Assembly: GCA_035249465.1 (NCBI GenBank)
Contig: DATFGL010000028.1
Span: 1-44,654 of the forward strand
Source: Rhodanobacteraceae bacterium
GTDB taxonomy: Bacteria; Pseudomonadota; Gammaproteobacteria; Xanthomonadales; Rhodanobacteraceae
DNA length: 44,654 bases
Direction: 5' to 3'
The notes beneath the pieces are model-generated. The model searched no databases. It was not told the DNA's origin and saw only the letters and a list, made by a program, of their open reading frames with translations. Both the position numbers and the translations under genes were made by a program. Below are positions 10,415-20,484 of this stretch, one piece after another. The first letter of the stretch is position 1; the number at the start of each line of letters is the position of its first letter.

Positions 10415-10445
10415 TCATCCACGGCTGTCCACCGAGTTATCCACA
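10415..10445 (+). promoter_or_regulatory. Three head-to-tail DnaA-box-like motifs about one helical turn apart (TCATCCACG, CTGTCCACC, TTATCCACA)
   Basis: The cores ATCCAC, GTCCAC and ATCCAC start at 10417, 10427 and 10439. The last box (10437-10445) is a perfect TTATCCACA. Confidence 0.5.
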
Positions 10446-10516
10446 ACCGCCACATTTGGCCGCGATGCGCCGCTGCGTTACGATGACAGGTCGCCCCTTC
10501 CAACATTTTCCTGTCC

Positions 10517-12199
10517 GTGAAAGACGCCCTCCACGAGCTGCTGGAAAACGCCCTGGATCGCTTGCGTCGGGACGGCGTGCTGGAAGCGCCGGCGCCCGAT
10601 TTCGTCATTGAACGCACGCGCTCGCGCGAGCACGGCGATTTCGCCTGCAACGTGGCCATGTTGCTCGCGAAGCAGGCCGGCAAAAAGCCGCGCGACCTCG
10701 CCACGGCGATCGTGGCGGCGTTGCCTGCCAACCCCCGGGTTGCGGGAGTCGAGATCGCGGGGCCCGGGTTCATCAACTTTTTCCTCTCCGACGCCGCCTG
10801 GCACGAAGAAATCCGGCGCGCCCTGCACGAAGGCGCGCATTACGGCCACGGCAAATCCGGCGCCGGCCGCGCGGTGGGCGTGGAGTTCGTCTCGGCCAAC
10901 CCCACCGGCCCCCTGCACGTCGGCCATGCGCGTGCCGCCGCCATCGGCGACACCTTGTCGCGGCTGTTCTCGGCCACGGGCTGGAAGGTCTACCGCGAGT
11001 ATTACTACAACGATGCAGGCGCGCAGATCCAGAATCTGGCGTTGTCGGTGCAGGCACGCGTCAAGGGCATAGAACCCGATGACCCGCGTTGGCCCGCGGA
11101 TGGCTACCGCGGCGACTACATCCGCGATGTCGCCAGGGAATACATGGCCGGCGCATCGATCGATGCCGATGGCGAACGCATCACCGCGAAGCGGGATCCT
11201 GACGATCTCGACGCCGTCCGCCGCTTCTCGGTGGCGTGGTTGCGCCGCGAGCAGGACGCCGACCTGCGCGCGTTCGGTGTCGAGTTCGACGTGTATTTCC
11301 TCGAATCCTCACTGTACACCGACGCCAAGGTGCAGCAGGTGGTCGATCGCATTGGTGCCGAAGAGCACTCGTACGAAGCCGATGGCGCGCTATGGCTGCG
11401 CGCCACCGAGTTCGGGGACGACAAGGACCGCGTGATGCGGAAGTCCGATGGCACGTACACGTATTTCGTGCCGGACGTCGCCTACCACCTCTCGAAGTGG
11501 GAACGCGGTTACAAGCGCGCGATCACCGAGCTCGGCGCCGACCACCACGGCTCGCTCGCCCGCGTGCGCGCAGGGTTGCAGGCGCTCGGCATCGGCATTC
11601 CGAAGGAGTGGCCGGAATACGTGCTGCACCAGATGGTGACGGTGGTGAAGGGCGGCGAGGAAGTGAAGATCTCCAAGCGCGCCGGTTCCTACGTCACGCT
11701 GCGCGACCTGATCGACATGGCGGGCCTGGATGCCACGCGCTATTTCCTGATCGCGCGCAAGAGCGATTCGCAACTGGTGTTCGACATCGACCTCGCACGC
11801 GCGCAGACCAACGACAATCCGGTCTATTACATCCAGTACGCGCACGCGCGGGTGTGTTCGGTGCAACGGCAGATGCACGAACGCTCCATCGTGTTCGAAC
11901 AGCACGACGCGCTGAAGCACCTCGACCGGCTGCAGGGCGATCACGCGCGCGAGGTGATGGTGGAAATCTCGCGTTTTCCGGAAATCGTCGAAGCCGCGGC
12001 GGAGAATCGCGAGCCACACCTGCTGGCGCAATACCTGCGTGAACTGGCCGGCGCGTTCCACGTCTGGTACAACGCCGAACAATTCCTGGTGGACGACGAG
12101 GCGCAACGCAACGCGCGCGTGGCGCTGGCGTATGCGACCCGGCAGGTGCTGGCCAACGGACTCGCTATGCTGGGCGTGTCGGCGCCGCAAACAATGTGA
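10517..12199 (+). CDS. argS: Arginine--tRNA ligase
   Basis: 560 aa with a GTG start. It has the class I HIGH motif ([13 protein letters not shown]) and a C-terminal anticodon-binding domain. Confidence 0.97.
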   Translation: MKDALHELLENALDRLRRDGVLEAPAPDFVIERTRSREHGDFACNVAMLLAKQAGKKPRDLATAIVAALPANPRVAGVEIAGPGFINFFLSDAAWHEEIRRALHEGAHYGHGKSGAGRAVGVEFVSANPTGPLHVGHARAAAIGDTLSRLFSATGWKVYREYYYNDAGAQIQNLALSVQARVKGIEPDDPRWPADGYRGDYIRDVAREYMAGASIDADGERITAKRDPDDLDAVRRFSVAWLRREQDADLRAFGVEFDVYFLESSLYTDAKVQQVVDRIGAEEHSYEADGALWLRATEFGDDKDRVMRKSDGTYTYFVPDVAYHLSKWERGYKRAITELGADHHGSLARVRAGLQALGIGIPKEWPEYVLHQMVTVVKGGEEVKISKRAGSYVTLRDLIDMAGLDATRYFLIARKSDSQLVFDIDLARAQTNDNPVYYIQYAHARVCSVQRQMHERSIVFEQHDALKHLDRLQGDHAREVMVEISRFPEIVEAAAENREPHLLAQYLRELAGAFHVWYNAEQFLVDDEAQRNARVALAYATRQVLANGLAMLGVSAPQTM

Positions 12200-12237
12200 C
12201 GATTCACGCTATCTGATGAACGGCCGAAGCGACCCGT

Positions 12238-12897
12238 GTGCGGGCCGCACGGGAACATGCACGAGGACTGGCAGTGGCAACTCGCAACAATCGACAAGCA
12301 GTACGCAACGGCGGCGCAGCCTTTCCGGGCTGGGCCTTGTTCCTGGCAGGCGTGGTGGTAGGCGGCATCGTGATGGCCCTCGCGTATCGCAGCATGCCCA
12401 GCCTGCGTCGCGCGGACCAGCCGCAGGCCAACCCCAACGCAGTTGCCCAGCAAGGAAGCTCGCCCGGCATCGCCGCCAGCAGCGCGGCGTCCAGCACGTC
12501 GCAATTCGACTTCTACAAGGTATTGCCCGAAAAGGAAGTCGTGATCCCGAACGCCGAACTGTCCGCGATGGCCAAGGCCGAGCAGCAAAAAGCCGCGGCA
12601 GCCAACAACGCCAGCGCGTCCACGCCGGCGGTCGCCAATGCGAACACGGGGACAGCGTCGTCGCAGGGCACTTACGTGCTGCAGGTCGGGGCGTTCCCGG
12701 ATTCCGGTGCCGCCGACGCGAAGAAGGCGGAACTCGCGCTGCAGGGATTCACCGCCCACGTCCAGTCCATCACCCTCGACGGCAAGACCTGGAACCGCGT
12801 GCGGCTCGGGCCGTTCGCGACCGCCACGGAACTGCAGGCCATGCAGAAGAAGTTGCAGGCGGCAGGTTTCCAGGCCATGCCCATGAAGGAAAAATGA
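12238..12897 (+). CDS. SPOR domain-containing membrane protein
   Basis: 219 aa with a basic N-terminus, one TM helix (WALFLAGVVVGGIVMALAY), an Ala/Ser-rich linker and a C-terminal SPOR-like domain (YVLQVGAF...WNRVRLGPFAT). Confidence 0.8.
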   Translation: MRAAREHARGLAVATRNNRQAVRNGGAAFPGWALFLAGVVVGGIVMALAYRSMPSLRRADQPQANPNAVAQQGSSPGIAASSAASSTSQFDFYKVLPEKEVVIPNAELSAMAKAEQQKAAAANNASASTPAVANANTGTASSQGTYVLQVGAFPDSGAADAKKAELALQGFTAHVQSITLDGKTWNRVRLGPFATATELQAMQKKLQAAGFQAMPMKEK

Positions 12898-13643
12898 TGG
12901 GCACGGTGCTGGTCACCGGCGCCTCGGCCGGGTTCGGCGCCGCGATCGCGGCAAAGTTCGCCGAAAACGGATGGCGGGTGATCGCCTTCGCCCGCCGCGC
13001 GGAGCGTCTTGCGCAACTCACCGAACATTTCGGCGCCGGGCGTGTGCACACTGCCGCATTCGATATTCGCGACGAGGCGGCCCTGCGCTCCGCGCTGGCG
13101 GCGTTGCCCGAAGATTTTCGCGGCATCGATGTGCTGGTCAACAACGCCGGCCTCGCGTTGGGCACCGCCAAGGCACAGGACTGCGACCTCGCGCAATGGC
13201 GGCAGATGATCGACACCAACATCACCGCGCTGGTGACACTGACGCGCCTTTTGTTGCCGAAGCTGATCGAACGTCGCGGCGCGATCGTCAACATCAGTTC
13301 CATTTCCGGCACGCATCCCTACACCGGCGGAAACGTGTACGGCGGCACCAAGGCGTTCGTCACCCAGTTTTCCGCGAACCTGCGTTGCGACCTGCACGGC
13401 ACCGGCGTGCGCGTGACCAATGTCGAACCCGGCATGGCGGAAACCGAATTCACGCTGGTGCGCACCGGCGGCGACCGGGCCGCGTCCGACAAGCTGTACG
13501 CGGGCGCGCATCCGATCACTGGCCGCGACATCGCCGACACCGTGTGGTGGGTGGCCAACCTGCCCTCGCACCTCAACGTCGATCGCATCGAAGTCATGCC
13601 GGTCAGCCAGTCGCCCGCAGGCTTGCAGGTCGCGCGGGGCTAG
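12894..13643 (+). CDS. Classical short-chain dehydrogenase/reductase (YdfG-like)
   Basis: This is the 3' part of track ORF 12039..13643. ATG 12894 overlaps the SPOR stop. Motifs are TGASAGFG, NNAG and YGGTK. Confidence 0.9.
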   Translation: MMGTVLVTGASAGFGAAIAAKFAENGWRVIAFARRAERLAQLTEHFGAGRVHTAAFDIRDEAALRSALAALPEDFRGIDVLVNNAGLALGTAKAQDCDLAQWRQMIDTNITALVTLTRLLLPKLIERRGAIVNISSISGTHPYTGGNVYGGTKAFVTQFSANLRCDLHGTGVRVTNVEPGMAETEFTLVRTGGDRAASDKLYAGAHPITGRDIADTVWWVANLPSHLNVDRIEVMPVSQSPAGLQVARG

Positions 13644-13772
13644 CAACGCTGTGGGCCACTCGCGCCGGCGAATGCCCGGTAAGCCACCGCAAACCTGAAA
13701 TACCCAGCGCGATTGGCTACACTGCGCCGGAGTGGAAGCCGGCCTGTCGCCGGCGGGGAATCCCGACGCGCG

Positions 13773-15914
13773 GTGACACCCGACAAGCCCGGCTTCTTCG
13801 AAGAGCTGAAGCGCCGCCATGTGTGGCGCGTGGCGGTGGCCTATGCCATCGTCGGCTGGCTGGTGGTGCAGGTCGCGACCCAGGTGTTCCCGGCCTTCCA
13901 CATGCCGGACTGGACCGCGCAGTTCGTGGTGATCCTGGTGATGATCGGTTTCCCGATCGCGCTGGTGCTGGCGTGGGCGTTCGAGTTGACGCCGGAGGGC
14001 ATCCGCCGCACCGAGCCCGCGCAGTCGCCGGACGCGCGCACGCCGCGCGACACGCATGCGATGGCGCGCAAACTCAACGCCATCATCATCGGCGTGCTGG
14101 TCCTGGCCGTGGCGCTGCTGGGTTGGCGGCTGTACATGGTGCCGCACGCATCGCCGCCGGTCGCTGCGGCTTCGGCACCCGCCGCGCCATCCGTCCCGGC
14201 CAAGTCCATCGCGGTGCTGCCGTTCCAGAATCTTTCGAGCGACAAGACCAACGACTATTTCGTCGCTGGCATGCAGGACCTGATCCTGACCAAGCTGGCC
14301 GACATCGGCGACCTCAAGGTCATCTCGCGCACCTCGACGATGCAATACGGCAGCCATCCGGAAAACCTCAAGACGGTTGGCGAGCAGCTGGACGTCGCGA
14401 CCGTCCTGGAAGGCAGCGTGCAGAAGCAGGGCAACCAGGTGCTGGTCAACGTGCAGTTGATCGACGCCAACACGGACAGCCACATCTGGGCGCAGAGCTA
14501 CACCCGCACGCTGGACAACGTGTTCGGCGTCGAAGGCGAAGTGGCAGGGCAGATTGCCACGGAATTGAACGCCAAGCTCTCGCCCGCGCAAAGCGCGCAA
14601 CTCGCCGCAGCGCCTACCACCAACAAGGCCGCGCTCGATCTGTACCTGCGCGCGGAATTCCTGGCCAACAAGGGCTCCACCAATTACGACAGCAGCAAAT
14701 TCCGCCCGGCGATCCCGCTGTACCGGCAGGCGATCGAGCAGGATCCGGGTTTTGCGCTGGCGTATGCACGACTCTCCTGGGTCGAAAGCGCGCTGGCCTG
14801 GTTCGGCGGCGGCGGCGAGGACGTGAAGCAACTGCACGCACAGGCGCGCGCCGACGCCGAGCAGGCGCTGAAACTGGCGCCGGATGCGTCCGCGACGCAA
14901 CTCGCGCTCGGCTTCAGCGATTACTACGGACGTGGCGACTATGCCGGTGCGCTGAAGGCTTTCGCGGCGGCGCTGGCCCTGAAGCCCAACGATGCCGACG
15001 CGCTGGCGGCACAGGGTTACGTGCAGCGGCGCCAGGGCCGCTTCGACGATTCGATCGCATCCCTGCAAAAAGCGTTTGCGCTCGATCCGCGCAATTCCGA
15101 ACTGGCCTACGAGGTGGGAGCGACCTGCATGCAGGACAGTCGTTTCCCCGAAGCGCAGGACTGGTTCCAGCGCGCGCTGGCGATCGACCCGGACAACCGC
15201 AACGCCAAGACCTATTACGCCTATGCCATCGCCTACAGCACCGGCGATATCCCGCGCGCACTGGACGCCATGCAGGGCGACGACCCGTTCCTGAAACTGC
15301 AACGGGTACTCTTGCTGATGTACCAACGCAACTTCGGCGAAGCCCTCGCGTTGCTCGGAAGCGTTCCGGACACGCCGGACAACTTCCCCCCTGCCCTCAA
15401 TGGCCCCAAGGTCGAGCAGCAGGCCAGCCTGTACCGGCTGATGGGCGACGAAGCCCGTGCGCGGCCACTGTTCGCGCAGTCGCTGCCCGTGCTGCGTGCG
15501 CAGATCAAGATGCTGCAGGGCATCGGTTTGGCGACGCAATGGGACCAGATCGGTTATGCGGAGATCGGCTCGGGCCAGACCGCGGCGGGGCTGGACGCCC
15601 TGGCCAAATCGCTGGAGATCCTTGCCGACAATCCGGATCAGGTTTACGGACCAGGGCTCATGCTGACGGCCGCACAGTACTATGCCCAAGCGCGCCGCCC
15701 CGACCTCGCCGTACCGATGCTGGCCAAGGCCCTGGCCGCTCCGGGCATCGGAACCCTTTACTCGCCCGTGCTGCTGTGGCTCGACCCGATGCTGGATCCG
15801 ATCCGCCACGATCCGGGTTTCGAGGCGCTGCTGAATCAGTATGCGAAGTACAAACCGGCGGTCACCTACGACACGGCACCTGCGGCAAGCGCTTCCACCG
15901 CCGCCGCGCGCTGA
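13773..15914 (+). CDS. Membrane-anchored TPR-repeat protein with a TolB-N-like module
   Basis: Track ORF is 13713..15914. GTG 13773 gives MTPDKPGFFEELKRRHVWRVAVAY..., followed by TM helices, IAVLPFQNLSSDKTNDYFVAGMQDLILTKL and about 400 aa of TPR-like repeats. Confidence 0.8.
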   Translation: MTPDKPGFFEELKRRHVWRVAVAYAIVGWLVVQVATQVFPAFHMPDWTAQFVVILVMIGFPIALVLAWAFELTPEGIRRTEPAQSPDARTPRDTHAMARKLNAIIIGVLVLAVALLGWRLYMVPHASPPVAAASAPAAPSVPAKSIAVLPFQNLSSDKTNDYFVAGMQDLILTKLADIGDLKVISRTSTMQYGSHPENLKTVGEQLDVATVLEGSVQKQGNQVLVNVQLIDANTDSHIWAQSYTRTLDNVFGVEGEVAGQIATELNAKLSPAQSAQLAAAPTTNKAALDLYLRAEFLANKGSTNYDSSKFRPAIPLYRQAIEQDPGFALAYARLSWVESALAWFGGGGEDVKQLHAQARADAEQALKLAPDASATQLALGFSDYYGRGDYAGALKAFAAALALKPNDADALAAQGYVQRRQGRFDDSIASLQKAFALDPRNSELAYEVGATCMQDSRFPEAQDWFQRALAIDPDNRNAKTYYAYAIAYSTGDIPRALDAMQGDDPFLKLQRVLLLMYQRNFGEALALLGSVPDTPDNFPPALNGPKVEQQASLYRLMGDEARARPLFAQSLPVLRAQIKMLQGIGLATQWDQIGYAEIGSGQTAAGLDALAKSLEILADNPDQVYGPGLMLTAAQYYAQARRPDLAVPMLAKALAAPGIGTLYSPVLLWLDPMLDPIRHDPGFEALLNQYAKYKPAVTYDTAPAASASTAAAR

Positions 15915-15920
15915 GCCCGC

Positions 15921-17822
15921 TCAGCTTTCGCGCAGGTAGGTGTAGCCGGTAAGACCCGTTTCCAGCGCGGTTTCGAGATGTCGCGCGGCATCTCCTTGCA
16001 GGCCCGCGGTAGCGAGCTTTTCGCGATACGCGGCCCGCAGGTCGTCGGGTTGGTAGCCAACGTAGTCGAGCAGCATGTCGGCTGAATCGCCGCGGCGTGC
16101 GCCGTCCAGTGTGAAGCCGTCGCCGTCGATCCGCACGTTCACCGCGTCGGTATCGCCAAACAAGTTGTGGATGTCGCCCAAGGTTTCCTGGTACGCGCCG
16201 ACCAGGAAGATGCCGAGCCGGTACGCTTCGCCGGGGCGCAATTCATGCAGCGGCAGGCTGACATCGAGGTCGCCCGACTCCACGTACGTGTCGACGCGCC
16301 CGTCGGAATCGCAGGTCAGGTCGGCCAGCGTGCCGCGCCGGGTCGGTTCCTCGTCCAGGCGGGTCAGCGGCATGATCGGGAAGATCTGGCCGATGGCCCA
16401 TACATCGGGGATCGATTCGAATACCGAGAAGTTGCAAAAATATTTGTCGACCAGTTTCACGTCGAGCGCGTCGATGATTTCGCGGTGCGAACGCTCGTCG
16501 GGTTTCAGGTGCTGGCGTACGCCCAGCGCGATCGCGTGGAAAAGCGCATCGAGCTTCGCACGCTGGGCCAGGTTCAGCACGCCTTGCGCGTACAAAAGCT
16601 GGCCTTCGTTCAAATACTGCTGCGCGTCCTGCCAAACCTCGCGTACCGGGCGTTTGCCGAGCGCCGCCAGCGTATTGCGCAGCGAGCGGAGCACCGGCGC
16701 CTCGTCCGGTGTGGCCGCCGGCACCACGCCATCCGGTGCGGCTTCGACTTCGCTGACGTTGACCACCAGCACCGCGTGGTGCGCGGTCATCGCGCGGCCG
16801 GATTCGGTGAGCACGTGCGGCGGATCGATGTGCCATTCCGCGCACGCCGCCGCGAGCGGCGCGATCACGGCGTTCGCGTACTGGTCGAGGTCGTAATTGA
16901 TCGAGCATTCGCCGCGCGAACGCGTGCCCTCGTAATCGACGCCGAGTCCGCCGCCGACATCGACGTGATCGAGCGGCAGGCCGGCCGCGCGCAATTCCGC
17001 GAAGTGGCGCACTGCCTCACGCATGCCGGCCGCGATGTCGCGCAGGTTGGAAATCTGCGAGCCCATGTGGAAATGCAGCAGGCGCATCGTGTGCGTCAGG
17101 TCCGCGTCACGCAAACGCTCGACCAGCGCCAGGAGTTGCGTCGGCGTCAGCCCGAATTTGCTCTTGTCGCCGCCGGTGTTCTGCCACTTGCCGGCACCGA
17201 TGGATGCCAGCCGCACGCGCACGCCGAGTTTCGGTTCCACGCCCAGCGCCTTCGATTCCCCGATCACGTGTTCCAGCTCGGACGGTTTTTCGATCACGAT
17301 CACCACGTCGATGCCGAGCTTGCGGCCGATCAGCGCGATGCGGATGTACTCGGCATCCTTGTAGCCATTGCAGACGACCAGCGATCCCGGCTGAGCCAAC
17401 CCCAACACCGCCAGCAACTCCGGCTTGGAACCGGCTTCCAGGCCGAATCCCGTGCCCGCCGCGCGCGGCGACTGCGGGCCTTGCGCGAGCGTGCCCGCGA
17501 CCGCGCGCTGCTGGTTGACCTTGACCGGATACAGCGCCGTGTAGCCACCGGCGTAGTCGTGCGCGCGCATCGCGCCCGCGAACGCTTCGCGCAGGCGCGC
17601 GCGGCGGTCCAGCAGGATGTCGGGAAAACGCAGCAGCAGCGGCAGGCGCAGGCCGAGTTCGCGCGTGCGCGCGATGGCATCATCCAGGGCAATCGCCGGG
17701 CCTTCCGGGCCGCGCGGACGCATCACGGCGCGGCCGTCGGTGCCGATGTCGACGTAGCCGTCGCTCCAATGCGCAACGGAATACGCGAAACGGGCGGCAT
17801 CGATGTTCCAGGCGTTCGTCAT
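15921..17822 (-). CDS. speA: Biosynthetic arginine decarboxylase
   Basis: Track ORF is 15921..17927. ATG 17822 gives 633 aa starting MTNAWNIDAARFAYSVAHWSDGY, with YPVKVN (PLP Lys). Confidence 0.95.
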   Translation of the reverse strand: MTNAWNIDAARFAYSVAHWSDGYVDIGTDGRAVMRPRGPEGPAIALDDAIARTRELGLRLPLLLRFPDILLDRRARLREAFAGAMRAHDYAGGYTALYPVKVNQQRAVAGTLAQGPQSPRAAGTGFGLEAGSKPELLAVLGLAQPGSLVVCNGYKDAEYIRIALIGRKLGIDVVIVIEKPSELEHVIGESKALGVEPKLGVRVRLASIGAGKWQNTGGDKSKFGLTPTQLLALVERLRDADLTHTMRLLHFHMGSQISNLRDIAAGMREAVRHFAELRAAGLPLDHVDVGGGLGVDYEGTRSRGECSINYDLDQYANAVIAPLAAACAEWHIDPPHVLTESGRAMTAHHAVLVVNVSEVEAAPDGVVPAATPDEAPVLRSLRNTLAALGKRPVREVWQDAQQYLNEGQLLYAQGVLNLAQRAKLDALFHAIALGVRQHLKPDERSHREIIDALDVKLVDKYFCNFSVFESIPDVWAIGQIFPIMPLTRLDEEPTRRGTLADLTCDSDGRVDTYVESGDLDVSLPLHELRPGEAYRLGIFLVGAYQETLGDIHNLFGDTDAVNVRIDGDGFTLDGARRGDSADMLLDYVGYQPDDLRAAYREKLATAGLQGDAARHLETALETGLTGYTYLRES

Positions 17823-17988
17823 CGTGGGTCTCCGGATAACGAGGGGCGGAACGTCGCAGCGGCGGGCCTTGACGCGAAGGAGTGATCGATCGGAAGCCAC
17901 CATCGCCGCGGGATCGATTGCCGCCATTGTAACGCGTGGCCCCGGTCCGGCCGTTACAATTTACGGTTCTCCAACAGGATTCCCAGGC

Positions 17989-18837
17989 ATGCCGTCCAAC
18001 TGGTTCACCGAAAAGCACGAAGCGTCCGGCTCGTCCATCGGCTATCGCGTGGACGACAAGCTCGCCGAGGCCTCGACGCCGTTCCAGCACATCGAGATTT
18101 ACCGTACCACGGATTGGGGCAACCTGATGGTGATCGATGGTTGCGTGATGCTCACCTCGCGCGACAACTTCCTGTACCACGAGATGATGACCCATCCCGC
18201 GCTGTACACACACGCGGCGCCGCGCAACGTGGTGATCATCGGCGGCGGCGATTGCGGCACCTTGCGCGAGGTGTTGCGCCACCCGGACGTCGAATCGGTG
18301 GTGCAGATCGACATCGACGAACAGGTGACCCGGCTGGCCGAAAAGTATTTTCCGGAACTGTGCGAATCGAACGCCGATCCGCGCGCGAAACTGCTGTTCG
18401 ATGACGGCATCAAGTACATGGCCGATGCCGCGCCCGATTCGCTGGACGTGGTGTTCGTCGATTCCACCGACCCGGTCGGTCCGGCCGAAGGCCTGTTCAA
18501 CGCGAAGTTCTATGCGAGCTGTTTCCGCGCGCTGCGCGAGGGCGGCATCCTGGTGCAGCAATCGGAATCGCCGCTGGTGCTGCTGGATCTCATCCAGTCG
18601 ATGCACAACGCGATGCGCGAAGTCGGATTCTCGACCACTCGCACGCTGCCCTTCCCGCAACCGTGCTATCCGACCGGCTGGTGGAGTTGCACGCTGGCGC
18701 GCAAGGGCGGTGGGCTCGACGCGTTCCGCGAACAGGATGCGGCCGCCAAACCTTTCGCAACGCGCTATTACAACGCCGACATGCACCGCGCCGCGCTGGC
18801 GCAACCCGAGTTCATGCGCAGCGCATTGCACACCTGA
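17989..18837 (+). CDS. speE: Spermidine synthase
   Basis: Track ORF is 17803..18837. ATG 17989 gives 282 aa with DNFLYHEMMTHP, IIGGGDCGTLREV and DSTDPVGPA. It is divergent from speA. Confidence 0.93.
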   Translation: MPSNWFTEKHEASGSSIGYRVDDKLAEASTPFQHIEIYRTTDWGNLMVIDGCVMLTSRDNFLYHEMMTHPALYTHAAPRNVVIIGGGDCGTLREVLRHPDVESVVQIDIDEQVTRLAEKYFPELCESNADPRAKLLFDDGIKYMADAAPDSLDVVFVDSTDPVGPAEGLFNAKFYASCFRALREGGILVQQSESPLVLLDLIQSMHNAMREVGFSTTRTLPFPQPCYPTGWWSCTLARKGGGLDAFREQDAAAKPFATRYYNADMHRAALAQPEFMRSALHT

Positions 18838-18908
18838 GCGCGCAGCCGGCCAGTATGCATTCATCCGTCCGTGTTTAGCTTCACCAAATCCACCCATCGG
18901 TATTCATC

Positions 18909-19994
18909 ATGCGCCCTGTCGTGACCCCCGCCGTCCTTGCCGCGTTGCTTGCCGCCGGCAGCATGCCGGCCGCCGCGCAACTCACCGCACCGGCCTCCGC
19001 GACGAGCAGCCCTGCCATCGCCAGCACGGCGGGACCGGCCCCGAAATTGTCGGCCGCCGACCAGAAGCGCGTCGAGGCGATCCAGCAGTACCAGCACGAC
19101 CTGGTCAGCGTGGTCGCACTGCGCGCCGATCCGGACTATCTGCTGGGTGCCGCGATCCTCGCGCGGCCGTTCAAGAACCAGACGCCGGGGCTGGATTTCG
19201 ATTCCCTGAGCCAGCGTGCCGCCACCGCGCCGAACGCCGGTCCGGCCGCCGAGTGGGTGCGCATGGACCTGTGCGGGAGCAAGGACGATTGCCCCAACGC
19301 GAAGGCCTTCGAATTTCTCAAGAAGAACGCCGCCGACAACGCAGCGGTGTGGATCGTGGCAATGGACATGGCTGCCGAAAAGAAGGACGCCAGGGCCGAG
19401 CAAGCCGCGTTGGAAAAAGCCGCCGCTGCCCAGACCTACGACGACTATTACGGCAAGGCGTTGGCCGGCGTCGCCAAGGCGACCGAAGTCCTGCCACCGC
19501 TGGCCGACACTACCCAGGGCGCGCACGACGGCCAGCCGGACAGCGGTGATGGCGTGCGAGTGCTGGTCGCGGCCAGCGCAACCCAGAACCATCTTCGACC
19601 GAACCTCGGGCCGGTGGTGGACGCGTGCGACAAGGATGCGGTGGCCAAGCACCAGGGCACGCGGCAGGCATGCCTGAAGCTCGCGCACACGCTGACGTGG
19701 GGTTCGAGCCCAATCGCGCGTGCGGTGGGCCTGCACATCCAGGGTGACCTGGAGCCTGCGAAGAAAGCGGAGAACGACCAGGCCGCCCGGAACGTCGCCT
19801 GGCAGGTGCACGAGTATTCCGGCCTGCTGCAGCGTGCGCTTGCCGATCCGGCGCTCGCTTCGCAGTGGCTCGCGGCGGCACGCAACGGCGGCACCGAGCT
19901 GAGCCTGATGCTGGCGACGCTGCGGGCCAACAATATCCCGACCGATGCACCCGCCGATGCGGCGCCGGCATCGGCCGGTTCCAGCGGGCAGTAA
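18909..19994 (+). CDS. Hypothetical secreted protein, Ala-rich, no family recognised
   Basis: 361 aa with a signal-peptide-like N-terminus (MRPVVTPAVLAALLAAGSMPAAAQ), four Cys, a varied composition and G/C-rich third positions. Confidence 0.6.
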   Translation: MRPVVTPAVLAALLAAGSMPAAAQLTAPASATSSPAIASTAGPAPKLSAADQKRVEAIQQYQHDLVSVVALRADPDYLLGAAILARPFKNQTPGLDFDSLSQRAATAPNAGPAAEWVRMDLCGSKDDCPNAKAFEFLKKNAADNAAVWIVAMDMAAEKKDARAEQAALEKAAAAQTYDDYYGKALAGVAKATEVLPPLADTTQGAHDGQPDSGDGVRVLVAASATQNHLRPNLGPVVDACDKDAVAKHQGTRQACLKLAHTLTWGSSPIARAVGLHIQGDLEPAKKAENDQAARNVAWQVHEYSGLLQRALADPALASQWLAAARNGGTELSLMLATLRANNIPTDAPADAAPASAGSSGQ

Positions 19995-20006
19995 GCGGGA
20001 TCCGAC

Positions 20007-20483
20007 ATGCGTGAATTGCTGTTGTTGCGGCACGCCGAGGCCATGAATGCGGGCCCGGACGGACGTGACGTGGAACGCCCACTCAGCGTGCACGGCCAGG
20101 CGCAGGCGCGCGCGGTCGGTACCTGGCTGGCCGAACAAGGTGCCGAACCGGATGCGGTGTTGTGTTCGCCGGCGCGGCGCGCGCAGATGACCGCGGATGC
20201 CGTGTGCGTGGCACTGCGCACCCGCACGCCGCGGTTCCTGCCCGGGATTTACCAGGCCACGCCGGGCGAATTGTTGTCGCTGGTGGAAAGCCACGCGCCG
20301 GATGCGCGCCAGGTGTTGCTGGTCGGGCACAATCCGGGCACGGAACAACTGCTGGCTTTGTTGACCGAAGGCCGTTCGGCCGGTGCGCGCGGCATGTCGC
20401 CCGCCGCGCTTGCATGGATCGAGTTGGCCGACGATACGCTGGAACCGGGACACGGGCGCTTGCGCGCCCTGTGGTCGCCCTAG
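20007..20483 (+). CDS. sixA: Phosphohistidine phosphatase SixA-like (histidine phosphatase superfamily)
   Basis: 158 aa with the LLLLRHAEA catalytic motif and a later VGHNPG. Confidence 0.85.
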   Translation: MRELLLLRHAEAMNAGPDGRDVERPLSVHGQAQARAVGTWLAEQGAEPDAVLCSPARRAQMTADAVCVALRTRTPRFLPGIYQATPGELLSLVESHAPDARQVLLVGHNPGTEQLLALLTEGRSAGARGMSPAALAWIELADDTLEPGHGRLRALWSP

Positions 20484-20484
20484 C

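Noticed and set aside
12039-12893. N-terminal 285 codons of ORF 12039..13643
   Set aside because: It overlaps the argS 3' end and the SPOR gene in other frames. The SDR Rossmann motif begins right after ATG 12894.
12672-15809. 1045-aa minus-strand ORF spanning the SPOR, SDR and TPR genes
   Set aside because: It lies antisense to three well-supported plus-strand genes. Its translation is Arg/Gly/Ala/His-rich with no domain pattern. Long stop-free antisense frames are expected in very GC-rich DNA.
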